A DNA stretch of 64,000 bases from Phoronis australis. Lineage: Eukaryota; Animalia; Phoronida. The notes under the pieces were generated by a model. The model was not told where the DNA came from. It did not search any database and saw nothing but the letters and a program-made list of their open reading frames with translations. The stretch covers positions 480,255 to 544,254 of the forward strand of contig NMRA01000298.1 in NCBI GenBank assembly GCA_002633005.1, read 5' to 3'. Below are positions 1 to 12,829 of the stretch, piece by piece. The position numbers and the translations under genes were made by a program. Numbering within the stretch: position 1 is the first letter of the stretch; every line of letters starts with the position of its first letter.

Positions 1-1
1 T

Positions 2-239
2 GTGTACTTCGGCAACGGCGCCAAAAACACGCGCATGGACCGCTTAAACACCACTGTTGTCCTCCGAACCATCCGTGTCTTGTTGAACTGTGCTGCCGAG
101 TGTTCTCGTGAAGAGTCGTGCGATGCCTTTGCCTTTAACGAATGTGAACAACTCTGTCACAAATACTGTATTGACGACAATTTGCCAGGGACGTTGGTGA
201 CTGCAAATGGCTGGACGTACTACAAAAAGGAGTCTCTAG
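2..239 (+). CDS. Exon encoding a PAN/apple-like Cys-rich domain; 5' end lies outside the window; probably spliced to the TLDc exon at 4936
   Basis: Translation LLNCAAECSREESCDAFAFNECEQLCHKY...GWTYY fits the PAN/apple CxxxC-x5-C-x-(A/S)F-x-(F/Y)...C pattern with the GWxYY end typical of invertebrate PAN proteins. Phase-1 donor AG|GTGGGT at 239/240. Confidence 0.7.
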
Positions 240-721
240 GTGGGTATTTTGTCCTTTTGGCATTCTTATCTTAAGTCAACGCCAGAAGGTGGTTAATTAT
301 AGGATGCCTCAGACTTATTCGAATGAAGAAACAGTTACAGACCAATCTTGTCTGTACGGCGGAGCATTAGGGCCAACTGAAAAATGAAGAATCGTCGATG
401 ATCTCGTTATAACGAGTTAACTATATCTATAAAACGAATTAGCTTCCCACCTGTTTGTACATACCTGAGGTTATGAAGGACCCTAGAACAATGTCCAATT
501 TTGGCCAACTTCAGAGCATCGCCATTCAGAAATGCCTGTTCGGATTCAAATGAAGCCTTCTTACACTACATGTATGTCTCATAAACTGTTCTCCAAAACT
601 CCAATAAGAATTGTTGAATTGGGCACACGAGGCTTACTAATTTCAATTCTAGCAAAACATAACGAAATCAAATAGATATTAGAATTCCGTGCAGTTTCCG
701 ACAGATAAAAAGATAAAATAG

Positions 722-889
722 TAAAACTAGTAAAACTAAAACGACAAGCGTCGGTACTAAAATATATTAAAATATCCCCACGTTTCGAGCGATGCGCTCT
801 TTGTCAAGGTGTGCTACAGACTGCATCGCTCGAAACGTGGGGAATGTTTTAATATGTTTTAGTACAGACACTCGTCTTTACTAGTTTTA
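722..889. mobile_element. Penelope-like element remnant: inverted pseudo-LTR palindrome with a degenerate minimal hammerhead motif
   Basis: Long imperfect inverted repeat (ccccacgtttcgagcgatgc ... gcatcgctcgaaacgtgggg, with outer arms to taaaactagtaaa/tttactagtttta). Minus strand 810-781 reads CUUGACAA-A-GAGC-GCAUC-GCUC-GAAAC, a variant of the CUGANGA...GAAA core found in PLE termini. Confidence 0.6.
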
Positions 890-1344
890 TTGTTCAAAAA
901 ATAACGCACTAAAGTTGCTTTGGAAAAACAAAAAGGCCAGTGAAGAAATTTGATTTGTCAAGCCAAAATGCAGTTGACAGAGGATTTAAACTTCGTCTGT
1001 TGAAAGTATCACACCATGCACGAATAGGTCAGTGATCTCTGTGAGCATTCACCCGAATACTCTAAAAGCTAAATTAAATTAAGTGGCAAATTATGTTTTC
1101 TGAAAACAGAGCGTCAGTAGAATTTGAGTTTTTACTGTACTCCAGTCAACCATCAATTTGGTAACGTGGCCATGATATCTAGTAAAATTTAGCCAAATCG
1201 AAAGATGCATTCACGCCAAAATAACGAAGTCATAACGTGACTAAATTTCGTTTGATATATATAAAGATAGAAACTATAAAGCGTTTTTACAGATTCTAGA
1301 TTATCGTTTTTTGTTCTCTCAATTATTCCTTTTTTAAATATTAA

Positions 1345-3416
1345 GAGGCAGTCCATATAAAAACCAGTAGATTTTCAAAAATCAGTCCATACGTCAAAAT
1401 TTAAAACAACTTCATTTTTTGTACATGGGTAGGTATCCTAACAAAAATCCAAATGCCAAATTTTGCGCTCTCAATGACCCCTAATTTCGCCGCTGGAGCA
1501 TGATAAAACAAATTGGCACAATTGGGCATATTAGCCGTCTCAAAAATCGCATGTTTTCAGCAACAAAAATGAGTAACATACAAAATAGATCAAAAGCTAT
1601 ATTTTGGTGGCTGCAATAACCAACGTATACTGTGCATAATTCTGTGCCATTTATTAAAATCTAACAGTTTTATGCTAGACAGGGGAGATAATCCACAGAC
1701 CACTTTTTGGGGCTAATTTTAGTGGCCATTTTTGTGACCTTCTTACTGCCATAAAACACCTTGTAGCCTTATGTGACGTTTTGAACATACAGTTAAAGAG
1801 ATAGTCTTGATGACTGAGCAATAAAAAATCTTGCCTCAACTTTGCACTTTAGTGAAAATTGTCTTGCAAAACTGTCTATTTTCAAAGTTTGGAAATGACG
1901 AGCAGAGTTTACAAACCATTTGAACAAACTTTTAGGCAAGAAGTCTGCTTTAAATAGTTATAGAAACCAAGTCTAAAGTCTTTCAAATGAAAACAAGTTG
2001 TTTTCTGGGTTTATTACGCGGCTAGTATCAAAACTGAACCCGATGACCTTGCCCACTGAGGAAGTCAGTTGAGGTTTAAAGCTTGAGGATTTACAAAAAA
2101 TGTACGTGTAATCCTCTCGTATTCTTTCATTTCTTTTACATAATCAGGTTAATTTAAACACTCTGTACAACTTTTGAATGGAAATAAATGCCTTTAAGAT
2201 TAAACGAGTAAGAATTGATATAGTGTAATGTCTGGTTTTGAGAGAAGCAAGTGCATTTTAAAAAGACAAAATGGCGGACGATGTCGATGGGCCTTCATGT
2301 TCCTTTAGAGTTTATTCTTCAAAAAATCACAAAAGCTGTGTGCTTTAGTGAGTCATGTCAAAGACACCACTGCCAAAACATTTGAGATACAAGAAACTAC
2401 TTCACAAAGCAAGGCCTGTTCCAGAGTACGGACTCGTACTACCCAGAGTCGGTGAATTTCTGACTCAGGGACCAGTCATGGAAGAGTCAGGTAATGCTGG
2501 ATGTTACCACTCTGCTCCTCTCCTCCTGAACGTAGCACCCTTGTCAAATTCTACCGGCATTTCTGTTTCGAGATATGACTTTAGTGAAAGTCAGAATGGA
2601 AAGGATCTCTGTGATCGCAAGATCGCTCCACTCAAACAACATGCAAAGTACNNNNNNNNNNNNNNNNNNNNNNNNNNNNNNNNNNNNNNNNNNNNNNNNN
2701 NNNNNNNNNNNNNNNNNNNNNNNNNNNNNNNNNNNNNNNNNNNNNNNNNNNNNNNNNNNNNNNNNNNNNNNNNNNNNNNNNNNNNNNNNNNNNNNNNNNN
2801 NNNNNNNNNNNNNNNNNNNNNNNNNNNNNNNNNNNNNNNNNNNNNNNNNNNNNNNNNNNNNNNNNNNNNNNNNNNNNNNNNNNNNNNNNNNNNNNNNNNN
2901 NNNNNNNNNNNNNNNNNNNNNNNNNNNNNNNNNNNNNNNNNNNNNNNNNNNNNNNNNNNNNNNNNNNNNNNNNNNNNNNNNNNNNTTATTATAAAGTCAA
3001 TTTCAGGAAAGGTGCGTTATGGCTGCTACAGAGTGTCAAATGTGGCCGAAAATGGCTTCAGTGAAAACCTGAAAAATAACCGTTTTTGCCTCACAAATTC
3101 AAAACGTATAAATTTAAAAATGGATTTTGAAAGTTATGCCATTACATTATTCAGCCATTGCCCTTTCAATTCGTATTTTTCATTTGTTTTGACCGTATCA
3201 TACATGCTAGTAAAATGCATTCAAACATGCCTACTTCGACGCCCAATTTTGTTGCAAAATGGAGGTACAGGTCATAAAAAGAAAAATAATGAATGAAAAT
3301 TCTTAAAAAGTGAGGTTTTTCTACTTCTCAACATATCAAACTTATGTGCTAAGTTTCAAAAAAATCGGTGATTTTGGGTATAGACTCTACCTGTTGGTTT
3401 TTATATGGAGTCACTC
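1345..3416 (+). mobile_element. Sola3 DNA transposon, internally deleted, in the PAN-TLDc intron
   Basis: TTAA TSDs at 1341-1344 and 3417-3420, GAG...CTC termini, and ~22-bp imperfect TIRs (gaggcagtccatataaaaacc / gagtgactccatataaaaacc). Transposase fragments SGNAGCYH and RYDFSESQNGKDLCDRKIAPLKQH at ~2485-2651 match Sola3 SDNAGCYH and DFSxxQxGKxxCDR motifs. Confidence 0.85.
2652..2985. other. Assembly gap (334 N) inside the Sola3 element
   Basis: Run of N characters. Confidence 1.
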
Positions 3417-4935
3417 TTAAAAAGTCCTACATTTGATAGTCCCTCTTGCACAAGTGAATGGTTTTAAAACTGACGTTTCCTTATAGCATATTGAAGAACA
3501 CATCTCAAAGCATTATATCTGAAAGTTTATTTAGGATCTGTTACATAATTTCTGAGATAACCGTGACAGGCCCGGTGAGCGTATAAAAAGGAACATTCCG
3601 CTAACATGCTCGAGATGTAATCTTGGGAAAAGTAAGCATGATTGAATCCTTTAAGTTTCCCAATTTTCATATGAATTGGCACCAAAATCGTTACTAATAT
3701 ATTCTTTAACAATTAACTCCTGCATCTATCTTTGAGAACAATCATACATGTACATCGACACTGTTGTGAATTGACTCTTGTCTCGTTTTGCGTGCAAGCT
3801 AGAAGTTGAATACACCAGAGATTATTTGTCACTTCCAAATATACGCCGTGGCGGATAGATTTCACGTTTTGGTCTTTAAACTTGCATTCTCTGAATATGC
3901 TTGTAACGAGGCTGGATATAAACCAAACTACCGGTAGCTTTATCAAATTATTTATTTCGCAGATTTCAATCTCAGTCAATGTGAGTTAGATGATCTTCGG
4001 CTACCTTCAAATTAATGATTCTTAACTAACATGGCGAACAGTGGCTCCATTATACATGTAAAACCTTTCCCATACATTGCAGAAACAATAATGCCGTCAA
4101 AATCAGGTCAGGCTCAATACCTCTGTTGAAGTGAACACAGAACCGGTTTCAACTAGTTACCCACACATCTACTATTTGAAATTACCACCCAAAACAACGC
4201 CCTAACAAACCAGCAGTTACCAATAATCTATCGGTGACACTTCCAGACACTCACGCCAGAGGATTTTTGCCCTGTAGATTGCGCATTTTAGGAACAATGG
4301 CTTCGAAATTTCTTATGTGTTAGTTTCCTGTAGCTAGCTATTATTGAGAGCTGTTTAACCGGAAGCTGCTTTCAAGATGGCGGATATGACGCGTTTTCAT
4401 CCATTTTCAATTGTACTGGTTTACCATTTTATAAAAGAAAATGACGGGAATTTTCGCATGTGGTTACTCTGAGTTATACGCTTTCGAATGACTTGTAACA
4501 TATTTTCTGAGACTTACCGTTTTTTGAGTTATCTTACTTTCAATTTCACAAAAAAAAAATCCAAAATTTGAAAGTTTTCGAAAATTTTACGGAACTCTGT
4601 AAAACTACACTGTTAGATAGAATTTAGAAAGCCGGGGGGCTTTCAGCGAATATTTTCGATTTTCCTCAGAACGTCTACTTTTAAAACTAATTGAAATTTT
4701 CTGATAACGCTGTTCCTTTGTTGATTGATTTTTCTGCACTTTTGTTGGCTTACTTTAAATTAGCCTATTTGTTACTCATTTCTGAGATCTTCGTTACATC
4801 AAGTTCTTCTTCGCCGCCGCCACCACCATCATCATCACCATCATCTTCATTGAGGTCTTTTCATTTAATTTTGCCAGGTGTCGCTCCTCCTAGCGCTTTC
4901 ATTGCTTTTCCTTGATCACTTCGACTATATTTCAG

Positions 4936-5463
4936 GCATAAAAGATTCAAAGCTGTTAACATCAGACCATTTAGCGGTACTTTCGCGGTGGTTGCCAGGT
5001 AAAGAGTTCAGGCTTCTATACAGGGCAACGAAACACGGCATGTTTGGGCCAAATTTCCACGATAAATGTGATGGTAAAGGTGCCACCATCACTATCGGGA
5101 AAGATTCCGTTAGTGGCACCACGTTCGGCGGTTATGCCTCGGTCTCCTGGGAATATACTGGTGGTTACAAGACCGACAGCAACGCATTCCTGTTTCGACT
5201 GTGTGGACAAGAATGCACCTCAGGCAAGTTTAACCAGTACCAGAACGAATACAAAGCCTTGTACCATTACAAAACCAGTGGTCCAACTTTTGGTGGAGGT
5301 CATGACTTGTGTTTCTTCTACACTGCTGAATATTTGTTTGACAGCTCTAAAGGTTACTTCACATCTAGTGGCTACTGCGCAACCAATCGAGTCACCTACG
5401 ATGTCTCACTCGGCTGTGGAACAAACGTTAAATGGACCGACGTTGAGGTGTGGAGTGTTGTTG
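4936..5463 (+). CDS. Exon encoding a complete TLDc domain
   Basis: Motifs FRLLYRATKHG, FHDKCDGKGATITI, FGGYASVSW, AFLFRL, GPTFGGGHDL and DVEVWSV are canonical TLDc. Acceptor tatttcag|GC at 4935/4936 is phase 1, matching the PAN exon donor. Donor G|gtaaga at 5463/5464. Exon is 528 nt. Confidence 0.9.
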
Positions 5464-5709
5464 GTAAGAATATACTTTTTAATCTCGTTTCAAAAATTGA
5501 CTCCTGCAAATTGCAATTATGGACTTTGTAGCTGAATATTTAGTTGATAGAAAATCTTCCCATTTTAATTAGTTGCTCATAAGAATTGTAACAAACACAC
5601 TATATCAAAATAATATTCGTTTAAAATAAAACTGCATTAAAAAAACGAAAAAGTCTATTAATCATAGTACCTTCTAGTTTAAATTTATATTTGTTTGGTG
5701 TTCATACAG

Positions 5710-5780
5710 AAAACCACTGTACAGTCCTTAAACTGAATAAAGTGGAGAAAACTGATTCTGAAATTGAGGGACCTATGTAA
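5710..5780 (+). CDS. Possible short terminal exon of the PAN-TLDc gene (ENHCTVLKLNKVEKTDSEIEGPM*)
   Basis: Acceptor catacag| at 5709 is phase-compatible and the frame is open to TAA at 5778-5780. No homology support; GTAAGT at 5777 could instead be a donor. Confidence 0.3.
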
Positions 5781-6669
5781 GTGACTGTTACCTCACAATA
5801 GTAGACGAGTTATGAAAGCGTTCATGGCGTCGTGTAATATTTCAAATTTATCTTTCAATTTAGGTAATTTACTGTTATGAAACTGATCTGAAGGTATTCC
5901 TTATTCAATTTAAATGTGATCTCTGGGCTCACAACGTCGTGTATGCCTTCAGACCAAGCACATGATATTTCAGATCTCTGTGTCACCGGAAATGACGGTT
6001 ATTTTGACTAAGGGACAGTTTAAGAGCAATTTCATCATGTTAATCATTCCAAATCAAAACTCGTTGTCTTAAAAGCATGAGGTTTAAGTATTCACAGAAA
6101 AGTTTAGCTACGATTAAAAACTAGCATTACAGTTTCATTTCTGCTGATGACGCACGTGCGTGTTTACGCATACGTTAGCTATGGACCATTAGTACGTTAC
6201 TAGTCCAACATCAGTGATGTTGCGGTTAAAGCTAAAAACGTTGCGACATGGAAATAAGTTCAACAAAGACATGTCTGATGATAGGTCATAAAAGAGAAAC
6301 GGTTGCTCTCATACGAAAGAAGACTTCTTCATGTAAATGAAGTTGGAAATCAATTTTCATGTATATTATTCAAAGTGACGAGTGTCAATAATTCTACTAC
6401 AGATTTCTAAAGGAGCACCCCACTATTTTTTTTCATTATTGAATATATCTCTCGAATCTGACCTGACCTGCTCAGTCAGTAATCGCTATGCAGCATAGCC
6501 CCCCCAAGACAAGTGGGTAAACACCTACAAATCATTGATAAAAATAGTAAGTAGTACGTATGTGCGCCGGAACCAGTCTGGCAGGTCCTGGCGTCGGCCG
6601 CTGAGTACACATTTTCATAATGTACATCAAAAAAGCATTCCGATGCCTCTAGAATGCACCATATGAGAC

Positions 6670-6770
6670 TTGGTGAGAGAGAGGCTGAGGGAGAGGGAGA
6701 GGGAGGGGGAGGGGAAAGCGGGGGGATAGGGAGAGAGGGGGGAGAGACTAGTGAGAGCGGGGAGGGGGGG
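6670..6770 (+). repeat. Polypurine G/A-rich low-complexity tract (G-quadruplex/triplex potential)
   Basis: gagggagagggagagggagggggaggggaaagcggggggatagggagagagggggg; multiple runs of three or more G. Confidence 0.7.
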
Positions 6771-8002
6771 TTACTCAAGGTAAAAGCCGGTTCATTGAGA
6801 GCCACCGTTCAATACGTACATAAACCGAACAGAGAGTGGCATAAATGAAATGATATCCCACGAGACTTTATTCCACGAATCCACCGAGACAGAAATGTAT
6901 TCATGCCACAAGCTTCGAATTCCCAGTTTCTTTTATTTTTCGGCATATTTTAAATACTTCACCCAGACGTGGCTGATCACAATCTATAATGTATGTACTC
7001 GCGCGTTGTTTTACAAGTTTACTCTAGTTAAAGAAAGCAGTATTAATGTAATGATTTATTACTTGAGAAGAGATAAGAAAGATGAAAACAGCGATAATTG
7101 TGCATTAAACTTGTAACATTTTCTGAAAATAGTTAAATAACAATAATTTTTAACATTGTAGTTACCGAGGAAACGGCGTCCGAGTTGCAGAGATATAGCA
7201 TTTAGCAAATAAAACTGAGACAGAAGAGTTATTTAATGAACAGTTTTGTTATGTTGAGTGTTATGTATACTGCTGCAACTTAATTATATTAAATATTTTT
7301 GGGAAACTTTAAAATTATCAGAAATTTAGGATTTTTCTTAGCTAAGTTAGTCATCTTGTAAGGGGCCCCTGGCTCCATAAGTTGGTACAAGTTTTTAGGC
7401 CAGACTTTCGGTTCTAACAATGGTTCAGAAGCAATTATATGAAAGTAAAACGAGCTTTTAGTTGAAGCACGTGACAAATTTTGCCGGGTTATCCTACTAA
7501 GACGTCGACAACCAATCAGACGTCTTAGCATGTTCATCTAGCGAAGTAAGACATTGCCAGTTGTGCCCGAATGAGATTGATACGACCTCTTTAAGACCTT
7601 TTAGTGTGTCTTGTGAATTATTTTTTATCATTTGAAATCAATTGAAAGAAGAAAAATGAGACTATTGCAACACAATGGTGAACATATTCATGGAATTATC
7701 TCATACACTGTAGGTTTATTTGCCGAATTTATAGCAGCAGCCCAGAATCGTATTTGGAGGGCACGAGCAATACTGTCGTCCACATGTGAATGAGCCACGT
7801 TCCTCAGGTTCAATTATCTGGGCTGAAAAGGGACGAGTAATGTATTACTAATGTTAGCAAAGTGCAGGGATTTTAATGCTGTTGTAATGAACACTGCAAT
7901 GACACATCCCGGAAACCGCTGTAACAGGACATTATGTCTCCATTAACTCGAGACTCTGCGTACAAGTGTCTGAAACGAGCATCTGGGGGAATTGCATTGA
8001 TA

Positions 8003-8066
8003 AGGGGCTGGTGCGGTGGTATTCAAGAACGTGAGGTGCTTGGAAGGGTTCGATTCCCCCACCCAA
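8003..8066 (+). repeat. Degenerate tRNA-derived (SINE-head-like) fragment
   Basis: A-box-like TGGTGCGGTGG and B-box GGTTCGATTCC, but no cloverleaf. Confidence 0.4.
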
Positions 8067-10358
8067 TAATTTCTATGCGTAGAGGGTGAAAACTGTGTGC
8101 AGATCTGCATAGTCGTGATGAGCGTAGTGTTTTAACAGTTTTCCAATACATTTCAGCCAAATTAGTAAACATTAAGGCGTAGCGAAACATGTAGAAGAGA
8201 TATGAATCAAAGTAACGTTATCGGCGAGAAAAGCATTTTTCAATAATTAGCATAGTATTTTAAGCTGACCACGATTTCAAAAAATTCTGTCAGACAGGGG
8301 TGGGAATCGGTGATTTTCAATGTTATCACAAAAACATCAAGAACGTTGTTGTTGTGTAGGTCTCGGAGAGCTAATGACTCCAGCCTTTTAACAATGATCC
8401 TAAAAGTGTCGTTATTGGCCGCACTGTCCTTGAAAACGCAAGCACTTGCCAAAACGAGAGCTGACGCAAGGAAACCGCGACAAAGTAACATCGAGGTGTC
8501 GCCTTGCATTACAAGCGAAGCACGTTGTCGTGCTAGCTTTTGTCGCCATTGACAAGCGTCTACAGAACCCAACCCCACGTTTATTCTAATGTGAAACCGG
8601 AGCCATTTTTGTTTAAAGGGTACTATACACCCAATTTTATAATTGTCCAGCACGCGCTATGTCAGCACGCATGTGAAAACGAATGTTTCACCATACTTGT
8701 AAAGTCAAAAATATGATACGCTTAGATTTTCCAAAGCAAGTCAATTGATATTTTAACTAAAATTCAAGGTGTCACATTCTAGAGATTGGATTCGTTTCTT
8801 ACAGCATTGAATAATGGTATCAACTGGCCGGCGCTCTTTTTCCGCTTTTGAAATTACACATCGCTTCATAATAAAGAGTCTCGTGAGAAAGTGAGTCCCT
8901 GGACAACACCACTCATTTCCTGTTTTCTAAATTAAAATACGTAATTAAAACCTTGATGTTGACATCCATGAGCGCTCTTGGAGAGAGGCCTGGGGACTTA
9001 ACTGTTTCACTGTATTGAAAATCATACAGCCTTTGTATTTATAATTCCCACTTGGAGGGGATCCAAAGCAATTGCCCCTTGGTTACTCTATAAAGTTACG
9101 CGGGAAAATAGGTAAAACTCCAAACAAACCAAGAGTATCTACCCTCCGACACAGCGCCACTTATACTGAAAAGTGGCCATGTAGAAAAATGACGAACGAC
9201 ACACGGAATTCCGTGTGTGGGCATCAATGCGCATGCTTGGTCGGAAGTTTATCGATCACATCGCCACCACTTGCACGCGCCTTCAATGCACTGTACATGT
9301 TTGAGCTTAGCCACGGGATAGAGATTCCCTTGATTTTGTTTACATGTACTTCGATCCGTGTGGCGAATTTCTCGCTTACACTGGTCATCGCTCACATTCC
9401 CTTAGCCCCAGACAACTTTTACGATGCTTATTGAACATGCCCTTTGTATTGGAAACTGGTTGATAACTTTTTATCTAAGTTTTAAACGTGACGTACCAAA
9501 ACAGTGGTAGATTTTGATCGCCAGCGAAACTTAATTAGTTAAGTTCATTGTGAGCCCACCCCTGAACTTTCCACATTACATGTGCACTATAGTTCATTAA
9601 AGTTTTATCTTCATTACTCAAATCATAAAATATATAAAAAGTGCAAATATGGTGATAACCAAACTGAAGACTGTCTCAACAATGGTTGTTGTTAGTACCC
9701 CCAATTTGGTTTTCTCTGACATTTGCAGAGTTACAGCCTGCAACTCTGGAGAGTAGTTTTAAATTCGTACATAACAAATATTACAGAATGACTAAAAAGG
9801 TTAACTTGTGTTTATCTTGGCCACTTCCCGAAGGAACGATCTGTTTCATATTGGTTTTTGTTATTTAATTTTTAATGCCCACTTGTTTGCAAATATGCTG
9901 ATAACCAAACTGAAGATTTGGAATCTGTGGACAATTCCCCCGGTGGCACTGGCTATATAACTATTCCAGCTGTTTGTCATTATTATAAAATGAAAAGTGG
10001 GCACAAGTTAAGTACAACTGTTTCCTGGTCAAAAATCTAGCTAAACGAGATTGAAAGAATATTAAAAATGACTCCATGTGATATTGTTAACTCTGATCAG
10101 CGTTTGTATATCCACCGAGTGTATCAATACGCGAGGTAGTTTATCTTCAATCGTACCCATTGGTTGTAGTTTTTAGAAAAATCATTATTAGTTCATCGAT
10201 TTTTAAAAATCGAAAACCGTGCTTGGTTGCTTTTTTCCAGCTGAATACCTCCGTGGTGTTATTTCAACGAAAATTAGTGTTTAATGCATTTTGAAAATTC
10301 GCCATTATGTACAGTCAGAGAAGTTTAATACAGTTTACGGTAGGGTAATTACACTTAA

Positions 10359-12065
10359 AGGAGAATGCAACCCGATTTAATTAGTCTTTTTTACCGTCTT
10401 AATCGGTCTATATCCACATCGCCTCTTAAACGGTCGACCTCACCTTGCCGACAGGTGTCGCGTTAACCTGTGAGGAAGGTGAGAAACGACGCAGCGACGT
10501 CAGTGGTTCGTCTGCAAAGTTAATGCCGCTACATTGCGGTGCATCGTTCCCGCTTGTCCGAACTATGAAGCTGCGAAGAGAGCGGGTATATCACTTTTTC
10601 GAATTCCTCGAGAGCCCGAAATGCTTAGGAAGTGGCTCGCGGGTAGTGAAGAATGAAAGGTACGCTGTTAATAGCATGTATGAGGCCGTGAATCAGTTCC
10701 GTGTCTGTGGCCGGTATTTCATTGACAGTGATTTCTCTGACGAATTACGGCTTACCAAAGAACTATCCATGCGTTCCGTTGTCTGTGTATGCTCACGGCG
10801 CCTCTGTAGTATTTCTTGATCAGTGTATTCTGGTTCGAACTGATAGCCTGTGAAACCTAACGATCCGACCAGTGAAGTCTTCGTCGGATGAGCTCTTTGA
10901 CTTGACTAAGTCGGGATTGGCGCTTGGCGAGTTGCCATGCTTTCTGCGTTCTGTTTCAAAATGAATCATTCTTATCCTAACTAATGCTTATATAAAAGTG
11001 AAACAAAGTCTGTTTCATTAGATGCAATTTGAAATGCCTTTGCAGTATTCTGAGTGCAAATGTTGAGAAGCCAGCAATGAATTAACCACTGCGTTACGGG
11101 CCGGATTTTGATGCCGGCAATAAAGGTAATTGACTGGGTACCGAGGCCGTGTGAGCGCATGCTAATTCAGTGTTTGTTGACAGAAAGCTGTTGTGAAACA
11201 ATTACTCGATTTCACATGCTAAGGTCACATGTTAATGCAATCTTTATACAAATACGTTATTCAAATCATTGTTAATGTACCTTTGCCCTGACTGTCTCTG
11301 GAAGGGGAACCCGACTTCGCGACCCCGACAAGTAAGTAGATTTTCAGTTTCGTGGCTAATTCACGTAAATAATTAGGTGCCCATTATTTCTTTGGCTCGC
11401 TATTAGTCTTTCCGTGAATGGAGGTTTAGTTTCCAACTCAAGCTGGTTTATGTTCGTGCCAGTGCCGGCGGCCGCGAGGGGCCTTATCGGGTTCCGAGCC
11501 ACTGGTCAGGATAACGAGTCAGTCCGGCCGCGACGGGCCTGATCTGGTTCCGAGCCAGTGGCCGCGGGATAACAAGCGTTTTGTGTGTTTAGAACTCAAA
11601 AAATCACAAGTCTAAACAACACAACTCTAGGTTCTTTTGTCTGTATTTCACGGAAGAATACTTCGAATTTATCTCCGAACAGACCCCAAACTCCTGCTAC
11701 GGACCTTGGTAAATTGGCCTGCCGAACTTTGTAGGCTACGTCGGTGTGTCCAAATACAAATAAATCCGTAACAGCGAAATAAACAAAACATTTTGAAAGA
11801 ACTTGGTGTATTTTTAAGGGTTTTACATCGAAGTTTGATGATTAATTGGTGTTAAACGGTGAGTTTAAGCGATAAGCTGACACCAGTAACCCGTGTTGTG
11901 AACTGCTGAACAGACTGCGTGTGAAACCAATGACGTCATTGGATAATTTCAACACCTTCGTCTGCCGTCAGGTGTCAGGTAACGCAACCAAACATGCCGT
12001 TATCGAGTAGAGCTACTCGATCTAAATTGATACAAAATAAGTTGTTTTTTGGGTGGCATGCTCCT
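10359..12065. mobile_element. Kolobok-type non-autonomous DNA transposon with a remnant of the accessory KolX (P2X7-C-terminal-like) ORF on the minus strand
   Basis: TTAA TSDs at 10355-10358 and 12066-12069. TIRs AGGAGAATGCAACCC / rc AGGAGCATGCCACCC. Minus strand near 10848-10800 reads GYQFEPEYTDQEILQR, the typical PYxFEPEY start of KolX. Internal ~57-bp direct repeat at ~11465-11573. Confidence 0.8.
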
Positions 12066-12829
12066 TTAATTGGGTCTTGCTGGCATCTGGAAATGCGGTC
12101 ATCACAACTGTACTTGATTCCCGCACCACGCGACGAGCGGTGAAAAGTCATGCATATCTTTAGAAATGCGTGACTTCCTTCTAAGCATATTATTCATGGT
12201 ATGCACTGCCTGTTTTAATAAATTGCAACTATTCAAGTCAAAGGTCGTCGCATTTCTTCGTACCAGTAAAGTGAAAAGGGTTTCCCAGATTTCAGCCAAT
12301 GGGAATGACTGAATGTTATTACGTCGGTTTCATTACTTTAACAATTGGAAATTCTGCACGTTTTCCCGCATGAGCTGTTATTTCACATTCTAGCTTACCC
12401 GGCGCTGCGAGCATTTTTTTTTTTCTTGTTTTGTACAACTTTCCAGTAATTTTACTCACTTCCGGGGCAACTGGTCCCCTCTGGTCCTCTGTATAATACG
12501 CTAAGCAAGCACTTGAAAGACAATACTTTTACGTTCAGAGGTATTGTGATTTCATGGCGTGCACGATGCACGAGAGCCACAGGAATGTGTTAAACTTTAC
12601 AGATGTTAAAGTGATACTTGCAGGCGAATTCCTTATTTCTGTGATTGCTTGACCAATTAGGTTGACACACCTCATATAGCGACGATGTGAAAATGAAGTC
12701 GAACTTTGTCAACTGTTTTATGACCAAGTTTTATAGCGAGAATGATCCGCTGCAAATCACTCAACCGTGTCCAATAAGTATCGTGACGTGGTGATGTAGA
12801 ATAACACTGCATGTTGCAGATTATGTGAG

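Noticed and set aside
2355-3296. 313-aa ORF in the track
   Set aside because: Reads through the N gap; only the part before 2651 is transposase-derived.
4878-4935. Signal-peptide-like start MSLLLALSLLFLDH of the TLDc ORF
   Set aside because: It starts at GTG and is the translated polypyrimidine tract before the 4936 acceptor.
6476-6848. Pro/Ser-rich and Gly/Glu-rich ORFs
   Set aside because: Translations of the polypurine low-complexity tract.
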